A DNA stretch of 64,000 bases from Bigelowiella natans CCMP2755 (taxonomy: Eukaryota; Protista; Cercozoa), in the NCBI GenBank assembly GCA_000320545.1, contig ADNK01003277.1:17912-81911 (forward strand), given 5' to 3'. Below are positions 43,253 through 54,555 of the stretch, in pieces. A program made the translations under genes and the position numbers. A model generated the notes under the pieces. That model saw only the letters and a list, made by a program, of their open reading frames with translations, had not been told where the DNA came from and did not search any database. How positions within the stretch are numbered: position 1 is the first letter of the stretch; each line of letters starts with the position of its first letter.

Positions 43253-43769
43253 TGATACAGTAGTAGATCTAGATCTAGATCTACAAGTAGATTGTACGAG
43301 CGTAGATCTACGAGCTTCACAGGAGGAATTTATTTGAAGATTTCACATGATACAGGCCTATTGTATTTATTGCGAGAGACATAGGATCAGGCAGGTCCTC
43401 AATTTAAAAACCCCTCTGTTTTCCTTTGATGAAGAGAGAGAAATAAAGGAGGGACTACGAGCTTCGCCCTTCATCAGAAAGTTTGAATAAATCACATCAA
43501 GCACATAAAAGAGGAGGAGGAGCACATCATTATTCGGGTCATCCGCCACTTCACCTAGATAACTGCGTTCCTTGAGAAGAATTTTACCCGACAACCACCT
43601 CTCTACGCGCGCACGTTCTTTTCTTTCTGTCTCTCTGCTACAGTCCCTCTTCCAGAAATTGGTAAACGCTTAGACTATTACAATCGCTAAGGATAGGTAA
43701 CTAGTTGATAATGTGACTGATTGCTGGTTATATGCTTACTTTTGTACTGCTATCATACTCAGGTAGATC

Positions 43770-44702
43770 ATGGAAACCGCCACACCAGAGAGTGCTAAAG
43801 CTCTAATTTACCGCACTGTGGTATTCTGCTCAATGACTAGTATGCTTCTCGGGTTGTGAGATTTATATTATAGGTGTTACGATAGGTTTCATGAGTGGGT
43901 GTGTATTTTTTCGTTGTTGAAGGTATGATGTCGGAATTATGGCGGGAGCGTTGCCAAATATGGTTGAAGATTTACAATTGTCCACCACCGAGGAAGAAGT
44001 CATCGCAGGTTGTATCGAAAAATAACAACAAGTCAATAAAAGCACAAGTGCAATATATACAACAAATCTATTGTTGAAATTAGGGAGTCTGAATATTGTC
44101 GCGGGGCTGTGTGCTGTCCTTGCCGGGTATTACTTCTACTACTACTACTACTGCTACTACTACTGCCACTCGATGAGAATATGTATTAAAAAAAAATTCA
44201 GCTTAAGTACTACTTTCACGGTTCTAGTGCCTTCTTTCTAATGGCTACTGCAGCGCATGAACTCCTACTACTGCTAATCGATAATTTGGTGTGCTGATTG
44301 ATTTTTATATTGATCAGTTACACTGCGGACAAACTCGGAAGAAAAAAAGCTCTTGGAATTGCGTGCATAGTTTTTGCGCTCGGGGCGGGTGTGATGACAG
44401 CTGCGACGAACTTCGCTATACTATTTATCGGACGTATCATCACTGGTGTCGGCGTTGGTTTTGGGTATTAGTACTTTATATCATCGTTACATTTAAATTG
44501 TATCAATACTGATGATCACAGCGTCATCATCATCCACTATCGGTTGTTTGCTTTCCCTGACAGTGATCATCATCCAATCATCATCCACTATCGGTTGTTT
44601 GCTTTCCCTGACATAATACCAGGAGAGAAAATAGAGTAGTTGTTCATGAGATTATATACTTAATTCATCTGAGATTAGTACATATTACATATGCATATAT
44701 AA

Positions 44703-44773
<71 letters not shown>

Positions 44774-45818
44774 TGTTTAGGTTGGTTATTGCCCCTCTGT
44801 ATTTGAGCGAAGTGGTACCTCCAGAAAAACGAGGCTTCCTGGTACTACTAGTTGTACATATATTACTGCATCTGCTACAACAGCAACAACAACTACTACT
44901 ACTACTACTACTACTACTACCACATTATCACTACAGCCTCCTCCTTAATCTTATAATATACACTGTGCAAGTATAATCTTACTCTACAACAACAACAACA
45001 AGAACAGCTGCCCTGTGCTTATTCTGACTAATATAGGTTGATATCTGAATACTCTTATGAAAAGTTTGAACACGTTGCAGGTCTGCCTATTTGATGTTAT
45101 CCTGAATGTTGGAATTCTGGAAGGGTATATCGTTGGGTATGCCGTACAGGTGATGATGATCAACGTTTGATCAGTAATAATAATAACGTTTGATCAGTAA
45201 TAATAATAGTTTTGATGATGACGTAATGGATGACGCAATGGAACTTAAATAGTATTAGCAGAATGGCTGATTACACTTCTTCTTTTTATGACCTAATCAT
45301 CCATCACAGGTGTCCATTAATGGTGCTGGAACTCGATGGAGATTGATGATTGCTATTGCCATTGTACGGGCAAATCATAAAATACACAAAGAAGCTGATG
45401 ATGATGATGATGATGATGATGATTATTGTGTTCATAATAAATCCAACTAATGTAGATATTTACTTTTAAGGAAAAAATATTGCAATCGTTGCTATAGGTG
45501 TTGATACTCTCAAATGAATTATTCAATTAGACAAATAAGTCTTTTTTTTCTGCGCGTTACTACCCCTCATCGTTTCTTTATTTTCTACGTTGTTCTATAA
45601 ATAGTATTAACTGTACATTCATCTCCATATTTTTAGCTTCCTCCCCTTATGATTATTGCTGGGCTTTTTTCTCTGGCCGAATCTCCTCGATGGTTGATGC
45701 AAGTTGGCAGGTATGATGATGAACAGCAGGAATTATGATGAGAATGATGCAAAGATTCATGCTTGAGAGAAGAAGAAGAAGAAGAAGAAGAAGAAGAAGA
45801 AGAAGAAGAAGAAGAAGG

Positions 45819-45870
<52 letters not shown>

Positions 45871-47722
45871 AAAGGCTGGCGACGGACCCATGATAAACAA
45901 CATTTTTTAGATAGTGTTTGGAAGCTTAATGACAAATATTTTCCATTGTTCTTTTTTTTCTTGTTTAACATCTAGGGAAAGTGAAGCATTAGTTGTTATG
46001 AGTAAGATGATACCAGATCCGGTAGTAGTAGTAGTCAATAAGATGATATGTGTTTCTTTATTGATACTTATGTGTATCAAAGGAATATAGATTCTGTCGT
46101 CATTGTGATTATTTTGTTTCTTCTGCTTTTTAATTCTCAAAATGATAGGATGCTGTACAAAAACTGCAAAGAGAAATTAAAGACGTGATTGCGGCAGAAA
46201 CCTCGAATTCCTATTCTGATGTTTTGTGCCCGGTAGTAATAAAATAAATACTCAAGACCAATCTGCTAGTATATGGTTAAGAAAGGAAGAGTGCTAATGT
46301 TTTTTCTCTTTCATTTTGAAACAAACGTGTATCTATCTGTTGTCTCAACAAATGTCAATGCTGCTGATACTACGCCACTACTACTGCGTTACACGTATTT
46401 TATAAATATATTAGTAAATGTGTATAAGTATAATTATATAATACACATTCATATATGCTGTTTAACTGCTGCTTACTTACCCGCAGCTTAACTTTGAATG
46501 GGTAATGGGTGGTTGTGTCAACTCCTCGTCTTTGTCTTTTATTGCAGGATACTCGGGCTCTGAAAGCTGCTCTCCACATTTCACTAGGGTTAGCAATCGC
46601 TCAGCAAATCACAGGTTCAGAAGCTGTGATCTACTACACCCCAGAAATAATGAAAAGTGCTGGAATATCAAACCAATCTGAGCAGGTAGTTGATGATAAT
46701 TCATAAATAAATAAATACCAGTGTCATTGCGTTGCTGTTATCGAAGTGGTAGAAAAATGTGTATTTGCTCCTCCTTTTTACGCAACTACATCAGCAGCAG
46801 CTAGCAGTGCGCATTTATATATTGATTGATTTATTTATAGATGATGATATGTCAGTCAACCAGTCAGTCAACAACATGAAGGAGGGAGGGAGGGAGGGAG
46901 AATTACCTTACTTATTATCGGAATAAATGATGATTCACTAAACATATTGTATACTAATATTTTTTAGTAAATATTACCACTCTTTATTATTATAATTTAT
47001 TATTATTTTTATTATTATTATTGAAATTAGTCTTGCTCTCATAACATGATTGATTCAGATGCTGTGGGCACTTCCAGTTGGATGTGCGAAGTTAGCAGGA
47101 GAATTAGTTTCAGTACCTTTGCTAGATACCCAAGGAAGACGACCCATGCTTCTTATTGGAGGGGTTAATTAGTTGCACATCACCAATCAGTCGATCAATC
47201 AATCCTCAACAACAACAACAACAACAAAATAATAGCTAATATAGTTGTACATCACCAATCAATCGATCAATCAATCCTCAACAACAACAATAACAACAAC
47301 AACAACAACAATAGAAGCTAATTCCTGTGGCAATGATGATGTTTTCCACGAAGCCATGAAGAAGGACACAAAAGAAGAAGATGATGATGAATATGTATAC
47401 TACCAGACAGCCACAATCTTAGTATGCACACAGCACAACACAACACAAGCACGCATTAAAATGTAGAAACGTCCAAAATTTACCATGCTATTCTATCATA
47501 TGGCTCTGTCATCATGATCATCATCATCATCGTCGTCATCATCATCTATGTAACTACTATTAGGCGATGCAATTTATCACGTTATTCTTCCTTTCTCTCA
47601 GCTTCTTATACAAATGGGGCTTTGCGTAATGATGATGATGATTATAACAAGAGAGAGAGACAGAGATGTATATTTTTGAAATAATATAGTCAGCATCTGT
47701 TCCAAGAACAATGATAAGGATG

Positions 47723-47769
<47 letters not shown>

Positions 47770-48447
47770 TATATATCTACATATGTTGGGGATCGAGCAT
47801 GATGACCACGACGATTTAGAAGAATATTGAGACAATATGACTGACAATGATGATATGCAAGAAGTACATGTTATTATTTGTATGTATGAATAAAAAGTAT
47901 ATATATGTCAAAACATGATGGGGGAAACAACTGTAACAGGAGGAGAAAACAAGCATGGGCGATGCACACCATGACCACCACCATCACCACCATCTCCTTT
48001 TGAATCATGACATCATCAACTTACAGTTCTCCACCTCCTTTCATACTGATAATTCAGATCGACTATCGTCTTTGTGTCGGCATTCATGTTCTTCTTTGAA
48101 GTGGCTGCTCCTATTTCTTGGCTGATGCCATCAGAGGTAGTATTTAAGTCAACAAGAAGACTATACATCATACTGGTTATTTTCTGCTGAGTGCTATTCA
48201 TAGGGGGGAATAGATTGGTGATTGATATAATGTGAGAGCAATAAAAGCTCCCTCCCCCTCTCCAGAATAATGTTTTAGAGAACTTGGCCCTTTTCTTAAA
48301 ATAACAACAACAACAACGGCAAAACAACAAACAGGTGTATTCTACTGGAAAGCGAGGCAAAGCTCAAAGTGCGGCAGTTACCCTCAATAGGATCGTATCT
48401 GGAACCATCGCAATTAGTTTCTTAAGTATTTCTAAGGTGATTAATGC

Positions 48448-48488
<41 letters not shown>

Positions 48489-48983
48489 GTATAATTGCAG
48501 ATAGCAACGATGATAAGGAAAAATACAAAAAATCTAGTAATATTTAGATGGCTAAATATTGTAGTCTCCTGACAACAGCAGCACGCAAAATAGGCATATA
48601 ACCAATACCGTATTAATCCTATCCTATTATCCGGATCAATGATAATAGGCCCTGACTGTTCCTGGAACATTTTTCCTCTTCTGCGGAATCGCCTTCATCG
48701 TCACAGTTTGGTTAGCAAGCATCACCAATAACATTCAAAATATTATAAACAGATTTTCGTGATGCTGCAGTTTAAACATATAAATCATCATGCAAGGTAC
48801 TTTTTCGTCGTTCCTGAAACAAAGGGGCTTACTCTTGAAGAAATCACCAGTCATCTGGGACAGCAAGCCCAAACGAAAACATCAGTAAACGATGATGAAA
48901 ACTATGAATCGGTGAATGGATTCAAGGACGACTATTTTGAAGATCACACAGATCAAAAAGGTAGAGACATAGGCGACATCTAG
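43770..48983 (+). CDS. MFS sugar-porter family transporter, similar to plant polyol (PLT/PMT) transporters
   Basis: Spliced: SMTSMLLG|YDVGIMAGA, ADKLGRKK, GRIITGVGVG, IAPLYLSEVVPPEKRGFL, NVGILEGY, WRLM, ESPRWLM, QQITGSEAVIYY, D..GRRPMLL, SE|VYS..RG, PETKGLTLEEI. Confidence 0.92.
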
Positions 48984-49526
48984 AAAGGAATGTTCGAAGT
49001 GTGTGATGAAATGAGCGTCATGTTGAGCTCCGATGAGAACTTGATCAAACATGATGAGTGCAACAATTTGCTCGCACCAAATTCTTGACATCATCCAAAT
49101 TTTCATGCGATGCTCTGTGTTGTGGCTGCAAACCCATGCGATGATGAGCACTTGCAAGCATGCGTGCAGCGTCATCCCCACATCCTTGGCGAATCAAATC
49201 GCTTCCATGACATCAGTTGAGCTGCAATTCAAATGAACTGTGCACCCAAATTGACACGGTGCAATGGCGACATTGGAGCTTCACAAACTGACCAACTCTT
49301 GTGTGCAATGTGGCGCAAAACACCATCCTTGAAATTGATGCTGGACACAACTTGTGCAGACGCGCACGATTGTCCAAAAAACGAGCTTTCTCGGCAACCA
49401 AATTTTGGTTTGAACTGGGTCAGGGTTGGAGGGCTGCACCAAAGAGGCCGGAAACACCCTGTTTGACACCGCCGTGCGCAAGAAGGTGACGACAATCGCG
49501 GCCTTCTTTTTCGTGCAAAAAGTGAC

Positions 49527-49942
49527 TGTCAGCGGTCTGGCCGCGCCACCCACGATCAAGGAGCTGTCGCAGCATGCGCACGTCCACTCGTGCTGCACGC
49601 TGCGCTGCGCACATGCGCATGGAAGTTCTCAGAACTTCGGGAATCTTCGAGAAGCTTCGAGAATCTTCCAGAAGCTTCGAGAACATTCCGGAAGATTCGA
49701 GAATCTTCCAGAATCTTCGAGAGCATTCCGGAAGCTTCGAGAATCTTCCAGAGAATTCGAGAGAATTCTGGAAGATTCGAGAATCTTCGCGAATGCGCCG
49801 GAACCCAATGCGCACATGCATGCAGCGCAAGTCACAAGTCATCAACACAATTCAAACGCACACAGGACCGCGTGTTGACACTCAGTGACATCAGCACAGT
49901 CCCGCGCACAAAAGCTAAGCAGCTACCGCAAGCCTGCTAAAA
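49527..49942 (+). repeat. 5' LTR
   Basis: TGTCAGCGG...GCTAAAA. Matches 55625-56040 except T49935 versus C56033. Confidence 0.95.
49641..49793. promoter_or_regulatory. Array of 15 heat-shock-element-like 10-mers (GAAnnTTCnn) in the LTR; copy at 55739-55891
   Basis: 12 perfect GAAnnTTC units and 3 GAGnnTTC units in exact 10-bp register. Confidence 0.75.
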
Positions 49943-49953
49943 GGTTATGAGCC
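49943..49953 (+). other. Primer binding site complementary to the anticodon arm of initiator tRNA-Met (half-tRNA priming, copia/Ty5 type)
   Basis: GGTTATGAGCC immediately follows the 5' LTR and is the reverse complement of GGCTCATAACC. Confidence 0.85.
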
Positions 49954-50112
49954 TCAAGAGGACTTGCAAAAGAACCAAGCAAACCCCCCACCCCCCCCCT
50001 TCAGCTACATCCTTCCAGAAGAAGGAACTGAAAGCGACAACAGCATTCCCTCAGCCAATCTTCGGTCAAGCCTCCAAAGCACTGAAAACAAAGAAAACAG
50101 GAACGAAACAAC

Positions 50113-53100
50113 ATGTCAGAAAAGCAGATAGACTCCCTGCTGAAAAACTTCACCCTCAAGTACGATGGTAGCAACTACAAGCCCTACATGTACAAGCTAA
50201 TGTCTGCCTTTGAAGCAGCGGATTTGGAATCATGCTTCAATGTCAACATAGAAATAGAAGGAAAGGTGACAGAAGTCAATGTACGCACCGACCCCGCTCA
50301 CCGACGAGAAGTACTCAAGCTATCCCCGGAGCAATTCGATATCCTCAATCCCAAACCTGAAGGAAGAGGATCACAAGAAAAGATAAACAAAAGAAAGAGA
50401 GGAAGATTCTTCCTCACTGCTACCCTTCCTGATAAATTCTTCGATCTACTCGAAGGAAAACCCAAAGACGTAGCAGTTACCTTAGCAGCCTTGCTGGAGA
50501 AGTACGAGCCTACCAATCCTGTAGCCGTCAGGAAACTTTATTCGAAACTAAGTGATATAAACATGGGTCAGTACAATGGAGACTTCACAAAGTATCATTC
50601 TGACCTTGACTCGACGATCAGAAGACTTCGGGCACAGCACGAAGGGTACTCCGACAACCAAGCGCTTGCCACTCTACTTCGAGGACTTGTACCTAGCGAA
50701 AAATACGAGACTATAGTTACAGTCATCAACAACAAGAAAGATGTTACCTTCGACTCTGCAGTGGACATGATCCGCTCCCACATAAACTCCCGATCATTAG
50801 ATGACGGGCAGAGACCTTCAAAGAAACATGCAGGACACACCAGTGCAGAACACAAATACGTGAAGATGTACGATGGCTTGGAGAAAAGGCTAAACGAACT
50901 TACAGGTCAGCTGAAGACCTACAAGAGGAAATTCAAAAAGGGAAAGAACAGATACAACAGCGAAGCATATCAAGACAATTCCAAGAAGCAAAAGAGAGAA
51001 GACTATTTCTTGAACTTAAAGAAAAGAACAAAATGCCATTACTGTGGCAAGAAAGGACATTGGGAAAAGGAATGCAGAAACAAGATGAGAGATGAAGGCA
51101 AGCAGAACAAAGGAAAACACTATTCTTTTATTGATCATGGCTCCCCTTCCCAAAGACCCTCTTACATTAATAAGATGGCACGCGACAATTCTTACCTGCA
51201 AACGCTGAAGTACAACCATAAGCCTTTGATCCTTCTCGACAGCGGAGCCAACAACCACTTCTTCTGCGACCGCGACTTCTTCAACGAGTTGAAACCTATT
51301 CAACCACGATACATAGAAGTTGGCAAAGATGGGACAGGATTCTTTGTGAATTATGCAGGCGACGTCAAACTAACTACAAAAAACAAGCAAGGAAAGATGC
51401 ACAAAATTGTTCTACAAGGAGCTTTGTACTCTGAAGAAGCTGCAGGCAATGTGATTTCTCTAAACAGACTAGTTAAGAGTGGCAGCGAGTACAAAGGAAC
51501 AAAACAAGGAATAAGCATTACCGCCAACGGAGAGGAATACGCGTTCGGGGACTTTCAAGACGACGGCCTATTTTATTTGAGATATAAACAAATAAACAAA
51601 AGTACAAAAACACAAAGATTTAAATCCTACCCAATGAAACAGCCATCTTCAATCAAGCACGCACATAACATCCTAGGGCACATCGCAGCGGATAAGATAA
51701 GAGACACCTATGCAGTTACAGAAGGTTTACCTTATTCCAAGACGATAAAAATACCAAAGAAGATCTTTTGCAAGGCCTGTGATGTAGCCAAAACAAAAAG
51801 ATCTCCGATCTTTGATCCAAGCGCCCAAGAAAGGATGAAACAGCATCGGAATAAAGCAAAGATTGAGGACGATGCTGTCAAAAAGAAGCAAAAATGTGTA
51901 CCTGATATCCACAAGAAAAACCGGATGTGGAATAGAATTCACTCTGATGTAAAGACCATGCCTAACAGCATGGATGGTTACAAGTATTTCGTAATATTCG
52001 TACATGAAGGAACAAGGTGGGTTACCTTGGAGCTCTTGAGAAAGAAAAGCGAAGTTACGCAGAAAACCATACAGTTCATAAAGCACATCAGAAAGCTTCC
52101 AGGTTGTGGAAGCATAGACGAATTCAGATCGGATGGTGGAGGTGAATATATGAGCGCAAAGCTACATAGCTGGCTCACCTCCGAAGGAATAAAATGGGTT
52201 CCTAGCACCGCCCGAACACCTGAGCAAAATGGAATGTCCGAGCGTCACATACAGACTATCATGGCGAAAACAAGAGCTATGTTAGAACATGCACGCTTAC
52301 CGGTCGGATACTGGTCCTACGCAGCTCAGACTGCAGCATATCTCCACAACGTCACCTCACATCGCAGCACACCTGGTAGAAAAACGCCTAAAGAACTACT
52401 GCACCATGAGCAACCAAATCTAAAGAATCTAACTACCTGGGGATGCATCGGAGTAAACCACATTGACAAGGAACTCCGACCTGCAGGTGGTATGGGTGCT
52501 AGAGGTGAATACGTACGTATGTTGGGATATGACGATAGATTTGGTACTTTTCTCGTCGCCACGAAGACGCTGAAAATTAAAAGAGTCCGTGTAACTAAAT
52601 GGTACCACACAGTGTTTAAGTTTCCTTCGCTGAAGAGAAACAAAGTTAGTGATTCGGCTTTGGCGTACCTTTATCCAGAAGGTCCTGCCGACGCGGACGC
52701 CCCCGAACCATCCAGTGCAACTGACGAGTTGCCAGAGGATGGTGGGCCTGAAACAAAAGCAAAAAGTAAGCCTCGAAGGTCGAATAGAGAAAATAGGGGA
52801 GTACCTGGTATTCGTTACGGAATACTTGGTAGCTATTACGACCGCCTGATGAATATAAAAGCTCCATCAGTACATGAGATCGAGGACCTTCCTAAGACGT
52901 ATGACGATGCAATCACAGGAGATGATAAGAAGCATTGGATACCTTCTACGGAAGAGGAACTGCACCAGCTTCGAAAACTTGGAACGTTTACGCTGGTAGT
53001 GCGACCTAAGGATACAAATTTCGTTACATCTAAATGGGTATTCAAGAAGAAAATAAATGTAGACTATACCATTCGGTATAAGTCAAGGCTGGTCGCGCGA

Positions 53101-54555
53101 GGGTTCACGCAGATCCCGGGAGAAGACTCCTTCTTCTCTTATTCCCCGACGTTGTCCCTAAATAGTTTTCGGATAATGTTAGCCATAGCATCTATCCTCA
53201 AGCTAAAACTACACGGGATAGATATACTTACAGCTTTCCTAACTGGAAAGATGGACTGTAAAGTATACATGGAAATACCTAAAGGGTGGAAGCCGAAGAC
53301 ACCTGATGAAATCCGGCTATACAACAGTGGCCTTCCACTAGCCCTACTGGTAAATAAAAGCATTTATGGGCTGACACAAGCAAGTGCAATATTCAGCCTT
53401 ACCTTGCTCGAGCATCTCAACGCCATTGGCTTCGTCCAGCTTTACTCCGATCCTTGCCTAATGATAATGCACAGACAAGGAAGAATCATCATATTGTCAT
53501 GTTTCGTGGATGACATATGCATAGCATATCAAGATAAGAAAGACCTGGACTTTGTCATGAAGCGAATAGGCGACAAGTTTGAGTTTCGCGATGAAGGCGA
53601 GCTAAAGAAAACACTGGGCATAAGAGTTGGTAGCGACAATGAGGGAAACTATTGGATATCGCAGGAAGATTACCTCACCAGACTCGCCCAGAAGTATGAT
53701 ATCACGCCTACGAAAAGAGCAAAAACACCAATGATAACAGGATCAAAGTTAGACGAATACGTGGAACATGAAAAAGTAGATCAGAAGGCATACAGATCCA
53801 TCATAGGAGCAGCAATGTATGCAGCGGTGGCTACTAGGCCAGACATCTGCTACACTCTATCTCGTCTAGCTTCCTACAGTCAAGATCCTAGAACTATACA
53901 CTACATCGCTGCAGTGCGCTTACTACAATATCTGGTCAACACAAAGGACAAAAGAATTACCTTTAAAGCAGCGTCCAAACCTGAGCTTAAAGCCTACGTC
54001 GATGCTTCCTGGAAGACCTGCAAGAAAACGGGTAAATCATATTCAGGATATTTCATATCGCTAAGCAACGCACCTGTTGTCTGGAAGAGCAACAAGCAAA
54101 AGGTCGTTGCTATGTCCAGTGGCGAGGCTGAGTACATAGCATTATCAGATATATGCAGAGAGTTAGTGTATGTCACTCAGTTACTACAGGAGTTAAAAAT
54201 GAAAATACCGAACCCTGTACCTGTGTATTGTGACTCTCAAGCAGCTATCTCCATTGCAGCCAAGCCTGGATTCACACAGAAAGGCAAGAACATAAGGATA
54301 GAATATCACAATGTTCGTGATAACTATCAAACCAAGCAGATCTGCATAAACAAAATACCTGGGGAGGACAATCCCGCTGATATACTTACCAAGGCTCTAC
54401 CAGGACCTAGCAACAAGAAACACTGTGATTTCTTGTTCCCTATATCATACAGAGAAAAACTAACCATCATGCTACAAGGCACCAGAAAAAGAAAAATAAC
54501 AACAAAGGCTCTACCTTACAAGCTCCCTCGCCTTGTCGGCCCCACGTCCGCTTAG
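50113..54555 (+). CDS. Copia Gag-Pol polyprotein, 1480 aa
   Basis: Zinc knuckle CHYCGKKGHWEKEC; protease LLDSGA; HHCC HNILGH..CKAC; integrase HSDV/FRSDGGGEY/PEQNGMSER; RT YKSRLVARGF, KSIYGL, FVDD; RNase H YVDASW, SSGEAEY, CDSQAA, NPADILTK. Confidence 0.97.
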   Translation: MSEKQIDSLLKNFTLKYDGSNYKPYMYKLMSAFEAADLESCFNVNIEIEGKVTEVNVRTDPAHRREVLKLSPEQFDILNPKPEGRGSQEKINKRKRGRFFLTATLPDKFFDLLEGKPKDVAVTLAALLEKYEPTNPVAVRKLYSKLSDINMGQYNGDFTKYHSDLDSTIRRLRAQHEGYSDNQALATLLRGLVPSEKYETIVTVINNKKDVTFDSAVDMIRSHINSRSLDDGQRPSKKHAGHTSAEHKYVKMYDGLEKRLNELTGQLKTYKRKFKKGKNRYNSEAYQDNSKKQKREDYFLNLKKRTKCHYCGKKGHWEKECRNKMRDEGKQNKGKHYSFIDHGSPSQRPSYINKMARDNSYLQTLKYNHKPLILLDSGANNHFFCDRDFFNELKPIQPRYIEVGKDGTGFFVNYAGDVKLTTKNKQGKMHKIVLQGALYSEEAAGNVISLNRLVKSGSEYKGTKQGISITANGEEYAFGDFQDDGLFYLRYKQINKSTKTQRFKSYPMKQPSSIKHAHNILGHIAADKIRDTYAVTEGLPYSKTIKIPKKIFCKACDVAKTKRSPIFDPSAQERMKQHRNKAKIEDDAVKKKQKCVPDIHKKNRMWNRIHSDVKTMPNSMDGYKYFVIFVHEGTRWVTLELLRKKSEVTQKTIQFIKHIRKLPGCGSIDEFRSDGGGEYMSAKLHSWLTSEGIKWVPSTARTPEQNGMSERHIQTIMAKTRAMLEHARLPVGYWSYAAQTAAYLHNVTSHRSTPGRKTPKELLHHEQPNLKNLTTWGCIGVNHIDKELRPAGGMGARGEYVRMLGYDDRFGTFLVATKTLKIKRVRVTKWYHTVFKFPSLKRNKVSDSALAYLYPEGPADADAPEPSSATDELPEDGGPETKAKSKPRRSNRENRGVPGIRYGILGSYYDRLMNIKAPSVHEIEDLPKTYDDAITGDDKKHWIPSTEEELHQLRKLGTFTLVVRPKDTNFVTSKWVFKKKINVDYTIRYKSRLVARGFTQIPGEDSFFSYSPTLSLNSFRIMLAIASILKLKLHGIDILTAFLTGKMDCKVYMEIPKGWKPKTPDEIRLYNSGLPLALLVNKSIYGLTQASAIFSLTLLEHLNAIGFVQLYSDPCLMIMHRQGRIIILSCFVDDICIAYQDKKDLDFVMKRIGDKFEFRDEGELKKTLGIRVGSDNEGNYWISQEDYLTRLAQKYDITPTKRAKTPMITGSKLDEYVEHEKVDQKAYRSIIGAAMYAAVATRPDICYTLSRLASYSQDPRTIHYIAAVRLLQYLVNTKDKRITFKAASKPELKAYVDASWKTCKKTGKSYSGYFISLSNAPVVWKSNKQKVVAMSSGEAEYIALSDICRELVYVTQLLQELKMKIPNPVPVYCDSQAAISIAAKPGFTQKGKNIRIEYHNVRDNYQTKQICINKIPGEDNPADILTKALPGPSNKKHCDFLFPISYREKLTIMLQGTRKRKITTKALPYKLPRLVGPTSA

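Noticed and set aside
49641-49793. Regular short repeats as a CRISPR array
   Set aside because: They are contiguous 10-bp units with no unique spacers, lie inside LTRs of a eukaryotic retroelement, and there are no cas genes.
49420-49940. Overlapping ORFs in the LTRs (also 55195-56038) as genes, env or antisense proteins
   Set aside because: The frames are open because TAA/TAG cannot occur in TA-free DNA, and the translations are just the HSE repeat.
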